64,000 bases of DNA from Octopus sinensis (Eukaryota). Every line of letters begins with the position of its first letter. Within the stretch, counting starts at the first letter, position 1. The translations under genes and the position numbers were made by a program. The stretch lies in NCBI RefSeq assembly GCF_006345805.1, contig NC_042998.1, positions 150,846,001 through 150,910,000 of the forward strand. Direction: 5' to 3'. Under the pieces are notes generated by a model, which did no database searches, was not told the DNA's origin, and was given only the letters and a program-made list of their open reading frames with translations. Of the stretch, positions 50,156 to 63,307 are shown piece after piece.

Positions 50156-51139
50156 AGTTGAAAGGGAGATGGCCTGTAATTAATTGCAAGCATGCAAAGC
50201 CATTCTAATAGAAGAAAGAACAGTGATCATGCGGTTGTTATGTGTTGCTGGCTGAATGTTTGTCCATCATTTAGTTGTATCCTTTTATTTCAATTGTGAT
50301 CCATGATGTTTGAGTGTGTAGCAACAGCATGGCTCTGGGTTCTGAAAACTATACCCATGCAGGTCATATCTGTTTTTTGAAGAGAAGGGGTAAGTAAGTA
50401 GCACTGCAATATTTTCTGGACTTGAATGATAAGTTTATCCTGTTGCCAATGGCTATGTCTGTAGGGTCACTATTAGACATCACCAGAGATTAAGACGCTA
50501 ACGAGGGGACTACTACGTAGTAAACAGAATTAAATGTTAAATCTTTTCCCCAACACAAACCTCATACCTCAACAGCATAGAACAGAAAATATCGAATAGA
50601 TTATGGAGTCTTCGCTTTCCTGCACGTGAGAAACAGATAGAATTTTCATGGAAGTTAGATCATAGGCCTACTGGTTCAAGTTACACCTTGGGCTAAACAA
50701 ATACATAACGCTGATAATGGCTACCAACACCACCACCAACTACAACAATATCTAGTACTACTACTACCACTACTGCTGCTGTGCTGCTGCTGCTGCTGCT
50801 GCTGCTGCTACTACTACTACTACTACTACTACTACTATTACTACTACTACTACTACTGCGATTCAAAGGTTTAAGAGGCATAGGAATGGTGTGAAGTTCA
50901 AGGCAGTTTTCTTAGCGATTACACCACTACTACCATCCTCGTCCTTCTCCTCTTCTTCGTCCTCGTCGTCCTCCTCCTCCTCATCATCATAACCATCATC
51001 ATTATCATCATCATCAAGAAACTTCTGAAGAGGACATGGTCTTAATACAGTAATGACGACCAAGCGCTGCTACAAACCTAACACCATCACCACACCCCCA
51101 CCAACCGGCATTCTCAGTTTCTATTCTCACTATTACCAT

Positions 51140-51213
<74 letters not shown>

Positions 51214-52299
51214 TAACAAACAACTTTATTGCAACTACCACTAACACCACCACAGCTATCACACCCCGACAGCACTACCATCATCACTACAAGCAGTACC
51301 ATCAGCACCGCTACCACGGTCGCCGACAAAGCCACCAACACCGCTACCAGCCGACCTTCCCAGTTCATCAACACCATCCGTCACCTTGCACCACAGTCAC
51401 TGCCCTCACCACATCTCTAATCACCCACCACCACTACCGCCGCCGCTACCACCACCACCACCACCACCACCACCACCAACCACCACCACCACCACCACCA
51501 CTCCCTCAAAACAAACCCCAACATCTCCAACATAGCAACATCAAAGTCGACAACCGTGACAACAATATCAGCAGTAACAATAACAACAACATCTAAATTT
51601 TCACGTAACATTCCAGCTTGTCAAAGATGTTGACAGGAAGAACGTGAAAAAATGGCGATGGAAGAAGAAACAGAGGGGGAGTGGATGTGGGGGGGGAGTG
51701 AGAGCGTGAGTGAGGAAAGAGATGTGAATAGGAGGGAAAAATGAAGATGAAAAAGATGAAATGAAGAAAACAAGAGAACAAGAGAGGAAGAGAGAAGAGG
51801 AAGAGAGTGAGAGCGAGTGTATGTGAACGGAAGAAAGAGAGAGGGTGAAAGAGATTGAGAGAGGAGAGAGAGAGAGAGAGTGAGACTGAGAGAGAAAGAT
51901 GAGAATAGAAAGAGAAGTGAGCGCGAGGGAAAAAGGGAGAGAGAGGGGAGACATAGAGAGAGGGAGAGTGAGGGAGATGGAGAGAGGAAGAGAGAGGCAA
52001 ATAAAGGCACTATAAATGAAAAGACAGATTTCTTATTCTGGCTGACGGCCAAATATGTGTAGGGGAGTGGTGTCGTCGAATAATATGATACGCAGTAGAT
52101 TACTGGTATATGATATATACACCCATTACTGATATATAATTAATCATCACCCACGGAAAGAGTGAAAGACGAGTCTAGCCGGATGTCTGATTAAATTTTT
52201 AAACTACGTACGTAATGAGTCTTCGTAACTATAAGACTTCTGGAAGTGAGAGACAGTTTGTCCGTAATTCTGTAACAGAATAATTTTCACCTAACAAGA

Positions 52300-52364
<65 letters not shown>

Positions 52365-53142
52365 GGAACTGGAGTCACGTAATCGACTTTATTAGTTTAT
52401 TGCTGTTTCTGCAATAAGAAGCAATGCACTCAATGTCGAGTTTTTGTGCAACATTCTATAGCTTCATCAGAACCATTTATAAATAGGAATTGGTTTGGTT
52501 AACAATTTACAACGATTTCTTTATTCCTCTTTATATATGAATCCTAACGAAACAAAATGTGTACGATTGGTTGTCTGTTTCGCTATGTATGTGTGTGTGT
52601 GTGCGTGTGTCTGTCTGTCTGTCTGTCTCTCAGTCAGTCTGTCTGTCTCTGTGTGTGTACGTACATGCATACATACATATAATATAGAAGCAATTATGGG
52701 GACAAGCAAATCAGAAACATCAAATATATTAAATATATTGAGTACATCGAATACAAAATATGTATATATGTATACGTGCAGAATAAGAGACGGCAAAAGA
52801 TGGAAACTTTCAGATGATGAATGAATTTATATCTATAAATATATTTGTATTTATATAAATAGGTCCAACTTACACAGAATACAAATGACAGAGAAATTTA
52901 AAGGAGTGGAATAAAGATATTATGAATCCAACAGCTGTTTCTGGGGACTGGCGACAATCCATAATAATGTTAGTAGATTTAGTCATCACAAAATGCGGTC
53001 GAATAGATACATTTAGCATAGGATGAGACGAGATTCCTTCATCAGGTAGAAGGGATCTAAAATTTCAGATCTTAATGCAGAGAAGTTCAAAGATGGAATA
53101 ATCAAATGTGGAAAGCTATACATACATACATACATACATACA

Positions 53143-53176
<34 letters not shown>

Positions 53177-53233
53177 CATATATATATACATATATACATA
53201 CATACATACATATATATATATATAAATATATAC

Positions 53234-53278
<45 letters not shown>

Positions 53279-53314
53279 TATATACATATATATTCCTTTT
53301 TTCTTTAATTCTTT

Positions 53315-53390
53315 TATTTGTTTCAGTCATTTGATTGCGGCCATGCTGAAGCAACGCCCTTAGTAGAACAAATCGACCCCAGGACTTATC
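53315..53390 (-). mobile_element. SINE-A 3' end
   Basis: tttgtttcagtcatttgattgcggccatgctgaagcaacgcc is the reverse complement of the SINE-A tail. Confidence 0.75.
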
Positions 53391-53491
53391 TATGTATCTA
53401 TGTATCTATCTATCTATCTATCTCTCTCTCTCTCTATATATATTATATATATATATATAATTATATATATATATAATATATATATTATATA

Positions 53492-53537
<46 letters not shown>

Positions 53538-53805
53538 TATATATATAATATAAGAGAAAAGAATCTATCAGAAAGGAACTCTATCTCTCTTTAAAAAATA
53601 TCTTTTGATAAGCATAACAAATGCGCAACCGGTAAAAAGAACTTTCACCTAATTAAATACACTCTTCCTTACTTAAATTATTTTGTCAGCATTTTCTTCA
53701 TTTCCTTTTTTTATATCACAACTCGTGTTCCACATCTCCTTTTTAAAATATATATATATATATATATATAATATATATATATATATACATATATATGTAT
53801 ATATA

Positions 53806-53873
<68 letters not shown>

Positions 53874-54015
53874 TATGTATATATATATATATATTTAACA
53901 ATTAAGGATAACTTCTAAATAAGGAATCTTAACAAGAAATTATCAGGTAGTTAGCGTGAAAAACCTCATAAGAGAAAAAATTCGAAAATAATATTTTTTT
54001 TTTAACATATTAATT

Positions 54016-54269
54016 TATATTATATAGAGGACATTATTACACATAAATGCCTCACACTAAGAGGGACATAAGTCATTACTACCAAAAATTTCATTAATCA
54101 TACCCAATGCAGTTTTTCAAAGCAAGACATTTAAAAAATGAATTTAGTCCTATATCACCTGTGATTTCGCACTCACCGCATAAAAAATGTGTAAAATCGT
54201 TGGTAGTAATGACTTATGTCCCTCTTAGTGTGAGGCATTTATGTGTAATAATGCCCTCTATATAATATA
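54016..54269. mobile_element. MITE with ~65-bp near-perfect TIRs in a TA-rich context
   Basis: tatattatatagaggacattattacacataaatgcctcacactaagagggacataagtcattactacca mirrored by tggtagtaatgacttatgtccctcttagtgtgaggcatttatgtgtaataatgccctctatataatata (one mismatch). Confidence 0.85.
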
Positions 54270-54284
54270 TATATATATATATAT

Positions 54285-55345
54285 ATATGCTTCAAATGAC
54301 CCGTCCGTTTTTGTGTCGTCTATTTGGATGTTTTGATTTCTTGGCCCATTTTGTATTTTGTTATATATATTTTTTATACATAAATTATTGCGGCGTAACG
54401 TGCACCTTGTTGTCTTATATGCATATAAGCATTCCACTAAACCTTGTACGACTTCTACACACACTTTCTTTATACTTCACTGGTCTCTGTCTTTCTCTTT
54501 CCTCGCCTCTTTGATTCTTTGGTCTCCTCTTCCCCCACTCTCTCACATTTCTCTGCCTTTCTCACTTTGCACCTCACTGACCCTGCCTTTCTTTTGTCCC
54601 ACCAATCCTTGCCACGCTCTCTTTCTTCTCCCCTCCTTAATTCCTTCTTTCTCTCTCTTCTCCCCCACCTTGGTGTCTTTGTCCCTCTTTTTCTCTCTCT
54701 CTTTGATTCCTTTGCCTCTTTTTTCTCTCTGTTCTCTTCTCACGTGACCGCCGGTCAACTCTAGCCTTTAGGCTTCTGAGCGTCGCCACGACAACATTGA
54801 AATTTTCGTCTGCCGTAAGGCATTATTTTTTCAAATACGCCAACTAAGCTAAGTTAAACTGTCTAAAGTCGAAAGACACCTGTTGTTATTATTATTATTA
54901 TTGTTTTTTCTGTATTTATATTCGTATTACCTTTTGCTTTTTGTATTTACATTCGTGTGGCATCGTCCGTTTTTCTGTCCTTGTTTCGTATATATTCGAT
55001 CCTTTTTCCAAGAAATCTAATGCTCGTAGCTTAGTTTTTCCTTGGGGCTGGCCGGATCGGAGCGATCTCAAGATTAATTAGCCAAAATTGCGAGGATGAT
55101 CCGGTTCTTGACTGAAGATTAGAAGCTTCGAATGACCCGTCCGTTTTTTGTGTCGTCTCTTTGAGTGTTTTGCGTTCTTGTCCCATTTTGTATTTTTTTA
55201 TATATATATAGATTAATCAGCCGAAATTGCTAAGATGATCTGGTTCTTGACTGATGACTGAGGGCTTCGAATGTCCCGTCCTGTGGTTCTTGTGTCGTCT
55301 CTGTGGTGTTTCATGTTCTTGTCCATGTCTGTAATTATTTTTACT
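54285..55345 (+). repeat. Element X: three related ~90-130-bp units around a CT-rich spacer and an internal domain
   Basis: gcttc(a/g)aatg(a/t)cccgtcc...ttgtgtcgtct...ttcttg.ccc at about 54287, 55125 and 55265; homolog at 15740-16095. Confidence 0.75.
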
Positions 55346-55579
55346 GTTTACCTATATATATATATATATATATTTGAGTAATTGAATGAATTATCTTATT
55401 AAGGATAATTCGAAAGATAACCGATACCTGGGTAGCAAATTCACATCAGAAAGAACACGGTTGAAGCTACGTCCCTATAGCATAGACTACGTGTCTTCGT
55501 GCGGAAATTTGTATGTTTATTTTAAAATTATAAGTATATGAAAGAATGGAGTTGAACGACTAGTTAACAAATATCCTTT

Positions 55580-55664
55580 ATTCTCGACATATGTTTCGAA
55601 GGCTGCATATTCCTAATTCCGAAGGAATAAGGAGTACATTATGCAGATTTCTCATCAGGAGAAT
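55580..55664 (-). ncRNA. Type I hammerhead ribozyme with extended stem II
   Basis: Stem I attctc/gagaat; CUGAUGA; stem II closed by G-C with a long hairpin; GAAAC-AUAU-GUC; all core positions canonical; predicted cleavage between 55586 and 55585. Confidence 0.85.
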
Positions 55665-55748
55665 CAAGGAACTTATGTCGACATCAAAATGCACAAAAAA
55701 CTTTTAGCTGACCGCTCTCAAGGAGCCCATGGCGATAATGAGTGTCTC

Positions 55749-55767
55749 TTTATAATGAGTGACGTCA
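55749..55767 (-). promoter_or_regulatory. Candidate pseudo-LTR promoter (CRE palindrome plus TATA box)
   Basis: Minus strand reads TGACGTCA-ctcat-TATAAA about 85 nt upstream of the hammerhead. Motif match only. Confidence 0.35.
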
Positions 55768-56222
55768 GAGTGGCTGAATGTAGAAGAATCTAGAAGTTTC
55801 TAAAGGTTCAAGAGTTCAAACGAAGTAGGAGGAGGGAGGAATAAGAATAGTAAGGTGAGAGAGTGCAGGTCAAAAGAATGGTGGGTTTAAATGATTTCTT
55901 TTGTGAATGAGTGCCTGTGTGTGTGACTGTGTATAACTGTCTTAATGTGTGTGTGTGTGTGTCTGAATGCGTGATTGTGTTTGTGGATGGGTAGATGTCA
56001 GAAAACTGACAGCTGTGAGGTGAAAGGTCTGTGTCTGTGTTCGATTATGTTTACTGTAGAGAAAGGAAAGTAGATAGCGAAAGGGAGAAAGAATCGGGCG
56101 AGGTGAGAAGCAACGCAAGAATGGATTGTAGTAATTGGGAATATAAGAAAATCTTTTTGACTATTGGGGTGAAATATAGCAAAAATGATTTTTGGAAATC
56201 GCGGGGTTATCTATATTAGTCA

Positions 56223-58169
56223 CTATTTATATGAGTGAAAGGTGTGTCTTTTCCAGTGTAAACACCTGTAGGATCTTTCGACGATTGTGTTTATTAAAGG
56301 GCCTTTGGCGAACAAAATATGAAAAAGTTCGGAATTACAGATGCCACAAAATTTTCTGGCCTTTATCAAACGGGAGGACACCGACAAAATGGACCATTCG
56401 AGCTTGAACGTAGTGTTATTGTTCTTCAGACGCCAGACTAATTTGCTTAGCCCCGTGCTGTGTTCTTTCTCTTATCTCTGATAGTGGAATAATGGTTCGA
56501 GATCCTTTGGGCTAACTTAGAAGAGGTTGCGCCAATATAGAAGTAGACATCGGTTCCAGAAGAGATTTTGCATTGGTAAGTGGTGTTTCTAATTTTGGAA
56601 TTTTTGGATAAGAACTTTAATCTGTTGGGGTTGGTTTCCGATACTAAGACAGAGTTTATTGTTGTGATAGGTGTAAAACTTGTTGCTGGCTTGGCACGAT
56701 ACTATTCATCTTATTATCATTACTATTAGTTGTAATATCGTCGGCAAATTCCCTGGCTATAGGAATGCTGCGACTGTTATCATCAATAATATAACTGTTA
56801 TTAAGAATGCTGGTACTATTACCACTAACACCACCACTGTTAATAATCTGGCTAATGTTATTATCATTATTACTATTGCTAATGCTGCTATGAATGTTGC
56901 TAATATCCATACTACTTCTATTATTATTATTATTATTATTGTATGTTACGTTGGAATGGGTAAGGGCAGTGTCACTACTCATGGGTGGAGAGACCCTATT
57001 TAGCACCTTATTATTGTGGGAAGCTATTACCTGCGAAAGATTTTTAGTATTTGAGAATGCTATTCTTACTTTATGCGAATTTATAATGGAGTAGTATCTA
57101 GAATTCCTAGGAAAATTCTTAGGAACGGCTTCACGGAATTGTAAAGGGAGATTAGACCTGATTTGTCTCCCGAAAGGAATCACAAACCAGATATAATTTT
57201 TTTGGTTCTTGGAATGGCTGAGAGTGTTGACATTTACATTAAAGGGTATATTTCTGTGTTGTAGAATGGGTTTAGGTTTACGCTGGCCTCCCCTGGTCCG
57301 TAAGTTATTATTGTAAAATATATTTGTGTCGACGTTGCTAGAGCTGAAATCACTATTTATGTTATTTATATTATTATTAGAAGTTATCTTATCTTGATGG
57401 GCAGATATTAGTTTAGGATGGGCCGGATCGATATATGATACCTTATCCCTATAACCGGCCTTTGACAAGGCGGCATTATAAAATTCTGCTTTCTGTTTAA
57501 AAATGTCGACATTTGCTGATAACTTAGATAGTCTTAAGGATATATTTTTAACCAAATTATCGGTGATAGTTTTTGCATGGTTACTGAAAATACTGACATA
57601 TTTTAGGTTCGTAGACGGCTTATGGTAAGGGAAGTAAGAATTATTATGCAAATTTAGTGTAATATCTAAGAAATTGGCCTTAGTTAGTTCGTTGTCAAAA
57701 ATTGAATGTAGGATTTTCTAGCGGCTAGAATTATATTAATTTCCTCCCTTGTCAGCCCTGCCTTGTTATGTGCGTGCCATAGGACCTTATTGAGCACGAT
57801 GGGGTTTATCGAAGGGTAGAAATTGGAAATATCGAATTGAATGAATTTAGTGCTATTTTTATTAGAAATGGAAGAGAACCATTCTACGACTTGAGTGGAG
57901 TTAGACCATATGTTGAGTTTAAGCTTATTAACTAATCTAGGTATGTATTTATCTAAAATGTACTTACTTATGGAACCGATGTCGGAACTAGAAGGGCAAA
58001 TGAGCCTTAATGCTGGGTTGGTTTGGAAGTTTGGTTTATGGTCCTTGACGATGAATCTTGGTTGCCTTGGGTTAGCAGAATTATAACAGTAATTTCCCTT
58101 TATATAACGGTATTTTTTCATAGTGTTTTTCAGATGGCCAGATAACCGAAGAGATGGCATCTTAAACAC
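56223..58169 (-). pseudogene. Naiad-like RT/GIY-YIG ORF (frameshifted, RT motifs B-D deleted)
   Basis: ORF-track pieces 57684-58169 and 56656-57651 plus manually translated GIY-YIG frames ending at TAG 56223-56225. Confidence 0.8.
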
Positions 58170-58595
58170 AGAGTTTTATTTTGACTATTGAGTAATTGTA
58201 ACATATTATTCTATAGATAAATTTCCTCTATTTACATAATATTGAGGTCTCTTTCTTTCTTTTATTATCTTACCGTTTTTATATGTATATAGATGAATAG
58301 ATAGACAAACGGAATAATTATAATCCTGGCTCTCACATCCTTAGCACATCACACACGATCGTGGCTTTCACATTATTCAAAAATCAAAACGAGGTCCATA
58401 ATACTTCGAATGATACTAAACGGAGCACCACACAACTCCACGGTAAGATCCTCTAGGTTTAATGTTAACCCCACAGAGTAATAATAAAAGTAATAATTGA
58501 AGTGAAGAGGCAAAATGACTTGACAATAGTTTCCGTAAACAGACGGTATTATTTATTCCCTATATCATATTATTTATTCCCTATATCATACAATA

Positions 58596-58826
58596 TTCCG
58601 CACTTCATACAATGTTATGTAAGACATGGCATAATATATGTATGTGTGTGTGTGTGTGTTGCTGTGTACATATAAATGTATCTACATATATGCATACATA
58701 CATCTGTGTGTGTGTGTGAATATATATATATATATACGCACACACACATCTATCTATCTATTTATCTATCTATCTATATATCTATCTATCTATATATCTA
58801 TCTATCTATCTGTCTATCTATCTATA

Positions 58827-58867
<41 letters not shown>

Positions 58868-58916
58868 ATATACATATATATATATATATTATATACATAT
58901 ATATATATATTATATC

Positions 58917-58960
<44 letters not shown>

Positions 58961-58991
58961 TAAATAGATAGATAGATAGATGTGTGTGTGC

Positions 58992-59038
<47 letters not shown>

Positions 59039-59169
59039 CACACACACACACAGGCACACACAGATGTATGTATGCATATATGTAGATATATTTATATGTA
59101 CACAGCAACACACACACACATATACATATATTATGCCATGTCTTACATAACATTGTATGAAGTGCGGAA
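58596..59169. repeat. Foldback inverted repeat (arms about 58596-58770 and 58956-59169)
   Basis: ttccgcacttcatacaatgttatgtaagacatggcataatatatg...gttgctgtgtacatataaat...cgcacacacacatctatc mirrored on the right arm. Confidence 0.88.
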
Positions 59170-59186
59170 CATATATATATACATAT

Positions 59187-60890
59187 ACCAAAAGCTCTTG
59201 ATAGGCTTGACCACGCATACTTGGAGGCTATCCTCGCGGCGGACGGTTTCGGTCCCGTCTTCAGAAGCTGGATCGTTGCAATGTATAGCAACATCTGGTC
59301 ACTGATCAAAGTGAATGGCCACTTTTCGGAATCATTTAGTATCGCACGTTCGGTCTGTCAAGGATGCCTTTTCTCGCCTCTTTTGTACGTGCTGGGTCTC
59401 GAACCATTGCTATGGAACCTGGATGTTTCGAGGGGCATCCGTGAGAACTAGGATGCGGAAGGTTCGTGCCAGTTTATGCGGACAACGTCACAACAACAGT
59501 GTCTGACGTCTTGGAAATCAAAGTGATCGGCACCACCCTAAAAAAGTACGAAGCTGTGATAGGAACAAAGATTAGCCAGAAGTCGGTGGTGCTGCAGCTC
59601 GCTCGGTAACTGAAGACAGGTCAATGCTGACCGACAGCGTTATGGGACGCTGGATGGAAGGATTGGTTAAATTGCTTAGTGTTTGGTTGGACCAGGGCTT
59701 CCAGGTGGACAAGAACAGGTTGGGAGGTCACGAACAGAAATTGTCTGAGAGGGAGCTGTCCCAGAAGGGCCAGCGGAGGTGGCCAATGTATACATCGCTT
59801 CCGTAATTTACCTCCACCTGACTGTCGTTCCTTGCCCTACCTCGTTGCTTATCAAGCTGTAGCACTTGCTATTCGCTTTCTGCAGAAGGAACGTGTTCCA
59901 CTCGTCAGACGATCTATCTGCTGTCAGCAACTGCTGAGTGGAGGACTGGGCACGCTGAGGGATAATGATGCTCAAACTTGTGCTGAGAGGCTTCGACAAC
60001 TCCCGCGTTTCTTTGACTGTGTAGTTACTGTTTGTCAGACAGCATTTTTTGCAGCTCGTCTCATTGATGGAACTATAGTCCTGGATCAAGCTAAAACCGA
60101 AAAATGGTGCTTGGCATCTGAGTGTCAGCAAGCGCTCTCAGCCCTCTGTTAGTCGGGCAATACGGTCAGTGGAATTTCCATAATGGAGTTCTATAGAGGG
60201 TTAGTTGTGAGCAAGAACGACAAGGTCCTTGGAGGAAGCTCTGGGCGTCGGTATGGATCAATCATCTGGTCTCTTGAGTAGGATTTTCGGGCCGGGACTC
60301 ATGATAATTTCCAGTAATCCCTGCCAAGCAATGCTTCCAGTGGGCTCTGCCGGTTCGTGACAAGCTCTATAGCCACGGAGGTTGTCTCAGACGGACAGAG
60401 TGGTGGAAAGTTAAAAGTACAGAAGACAGATACTTTCCTCTTCTGTCAAGCCACGACTTCTTTATAGTTCCACTTGAAAAGAGATGTGAGGTTGGAGATG
60501 GAAGTGCTGACCCCGTCCCCACCACCTCAGTAGTTTTGTTAAAAGGTAGATGAAGATGGCGAGGATGGCCCGAGCGAATGCGCCTGCTCTGAACACATGC
60601 ATGTACGCCGGATGATATGAGGGGAGAGCGGTGTCTGCCTAGAGTGACGTCAGTGGTCGAGGTAACCAAATGTGTGGAGTTTCTTAGTTGCCTTTGGTTG
60701 GAACTCTCCCGTTTTGGTTGATTTTTATGGCATTTTGTTCTAATTGTGTTCCTTTATACGTTGTTGTTAACTACTTTTTTGTTAGTTTGTTTTTTTTGTT
60801 TGTTTTGTTTTTGTTTTTGTATGTTTTTGTTTATCTTTTAGTATTAACATTTTGTTTTGTGTTCGACCCTTGTGGCCATTAAAAAAAAGA
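59187..60890 (+). mobile_element. Decayed 5'-truncated Tx1-clade LINE with 3' end
   Basis: LEAILAADGFGPVFRSWI...SVCQGCLFSPLLYVL matches 26165 onward; ends cccttgtggccattaaaaaaaaga followed by (ATT)n. Confidence 0.85.
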
Positions 60891-60935
60891 TTATTATTAC
60901 TATTACTATTACAATTATTATTATTATTATTATTA

Positions 60936-60988
<53 letters not shown>

Positions 60989-61036
60989 GCTGTTGTTGTT
61001 GTTAATTGTATGTAGGAGGCAATAATAATGATGATG

Positions 61037-61090
<54 letters not shown>
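60890..61090. repeat. (ATT)n / (AAT)n microsatellites
   Basis: Direct inspection. Confidence 0.95.
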
Positions 61091-61111
<21 letters not shown>

Positions 61112-61498
61112 CCCCGTGTTGAGAGGAATTCTTTGGGGTTTGGAATATTCACATCTGGAAACATGGGTGGTTTGTTCAGCATCCTTAAACAATCCTTATT
61201 CAGAGACCTTTTGAGCGGGATGAGCTACTCGACCAGAAGAAAATTCCAACTGGGCCCCACCTGCAAGGTCATGCGCTGTTTATCTTGATATGAGATCACC
61301 ATGTCGTGAATATATTGTTGTGATGCATGTGCTTGGTATACCTTTATCACACGGGGTAGTCATGATGGGTATAGTGTGCTTCGTACATTTACTCCAGTGT
61401 CACTTTGATGGCATGCACTGCTCACTCACTCGGTAATGATGTTGATGATGACGACGACGACGACGACGATGATGATAATGATGATAATAATAATAATA

Positions 61499-61544
<46 letters not shown>

Positions 61545-61677
61545 GAAACAACTGTAACACAATAACAGCAGGAAAAACAAGAAGAGCAACACCAGAAAAT
61601 ATGATAGCAATACCAATAACAACAACTATTCAAAATATAAAACAGAAAGAGCAACAATATCATCATCATCATCATCC

Positions 61678-61709
<32 letters not shown>

Positions 61710-61973
61710 GATAGCAGCAATAACTGAAAATATATAACAATGCAATAACAGCAACAACTACAACAACAATGATAGCAACGACAATAAAAACAAACATTTA
61801 GAATAACATCGACAACAACTGCAAGAGTAGCACTAACAGAGCCGATAACAATAATCGTAACACCGTCTTCATTCAACAACAGCAACAACAAGGCAAATAT
61901 AACAATAAGTGACACAACACCACCATTCTCAAAGAATAACAATAATCACAAGAAGAAATTTGCAGTAATAATA

Positions 61974-62005
<32 letters not shown>

Positions 62006-62277
62006 ACTCGACAACAGCAATAACAACAACAGTAATAATAACTTAAAACAACAACAATAACAGTATACATACAGATCGCCATGGATAGCAATGGCGGTAA
62101 TAGAAACAAATCAACAATAGGAAAAAAAAACATAAACAAGAACTAAAACAATACCACACGCACACACACACTCACACTTACACATGCACACAAATTCACA
62201 CGCACACATATATACGTGTGTGTGTGTGGATATATATATATGCATATATATATATATATTTTCAATATATATATGGC

Positions 62278-62324
<47 letters not shown>

Positions 62325-63015
62325 TATATGAAAATATATATGTATATGCATATATATATATGAAAATATATATGTATAATGCATATATATATACACACAC
62401 AAACACGCGATCAGTTTGCTGCTGCGCTGAACACGGCATCTATCGGTTTGTTTCTGTTAGGTGTGTCTTTGATGTTGTTACTGACGACGCCATGTTGAAT
62501 TTGTCGTGTGTGTGTTGGAGGAGAGGGTGTATTCTGAGAGAGAGAGAGAGAGAGAGAGACATACAGTATATATATGTACGTGTTTTACATATATATGTGT
62601 GTGTGCGTGTGTGAGTATATGTGTGTATGCGTGCGTGCGCACGCCTGTATATTGTTATATGTATATAATCTATGTGTGTATATCTCCCTGGGTCACTCTC
62701 TCTCTCTATCTATCTCTCTGCATCTCCTTCCTCCTACGCTCTCTGCACTATATATAAACGCACACACACATAAATGTACATACTGACATATCTCATGCCC
62801 CTTTCCACACACCAAGCTTTTAAACATACATTTATCAAACACATACACACGCACATACACCACACACACACACACACACACAAATATATATATATATATA
62901 TATGTATATGTATAATATATATGTATATGTATAATGTACGCTTGAATACCTACATAAATACAAGTATTTGTGTATATGTACGCGCATTGATGTATCAACA
63001 TATAATATATATATT

Positions 63016-63057
<42 letters not shown>

Positions 63058-63197
63058 TTATATATATATAAATAATACGTAATATGTTGTATATACATAA
63101 GCACCAACAGACATTGTTTCATCATTTAAATAATACAGGTATTCATAGAAAAATGTGTATATATATATATATGTATATGTATATAAATAAGTTTACG

Positions 63198-63228
<31 letters not shown>

Positions 63229-63272
63229 GTATGTGTGTATATATACACTATGTATGTATGTATGGTATGTAT

Positions 63273-63307
<35 letters not shown>

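Larger units (their letters stand above)
55560..58170 (-). mobile_element. Penelope-like element, Naiad-like (RT, C-terminal GIY-YIG, pseudo-LTR with hammerhead)
   Basis: VKDHKPNF..NP.LRLICP..SDIGSISKYILD; FIQFDISNFYPSI; NFLDITLNL; YHKP...YV...SNH; YIWF..PF; TYQCKI...FYIGATS...QRISNH; STGLSKLVW.LK; KFCGICNSE...RCLH. Confidence 0.88.

Noticed and set aside
49864-50208. Poly-Glu/Lys/Arg/Phe/Ser ORFs
   Set aside because: All frames are open because of (GAA)n. The same applies to the many YI/HT/CV/LS repeat ORFs throughout the window.
55105-55280. CTGA(A/T)GA...CTTCGAATGTC in repeat X as a hammerhead
   Set aside because: Lacks GAAA and stem III, and has no stem I complementarity.
56223-56580. 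Selenocysteine (in-frame TGA) in the Naiad-like GIY-YIG domain, as reported for some Naiads
   Set aside because: The conserved Cys positions I translated are TGT/TGC; no in-frame TGA at those sites and no SECIS identified.
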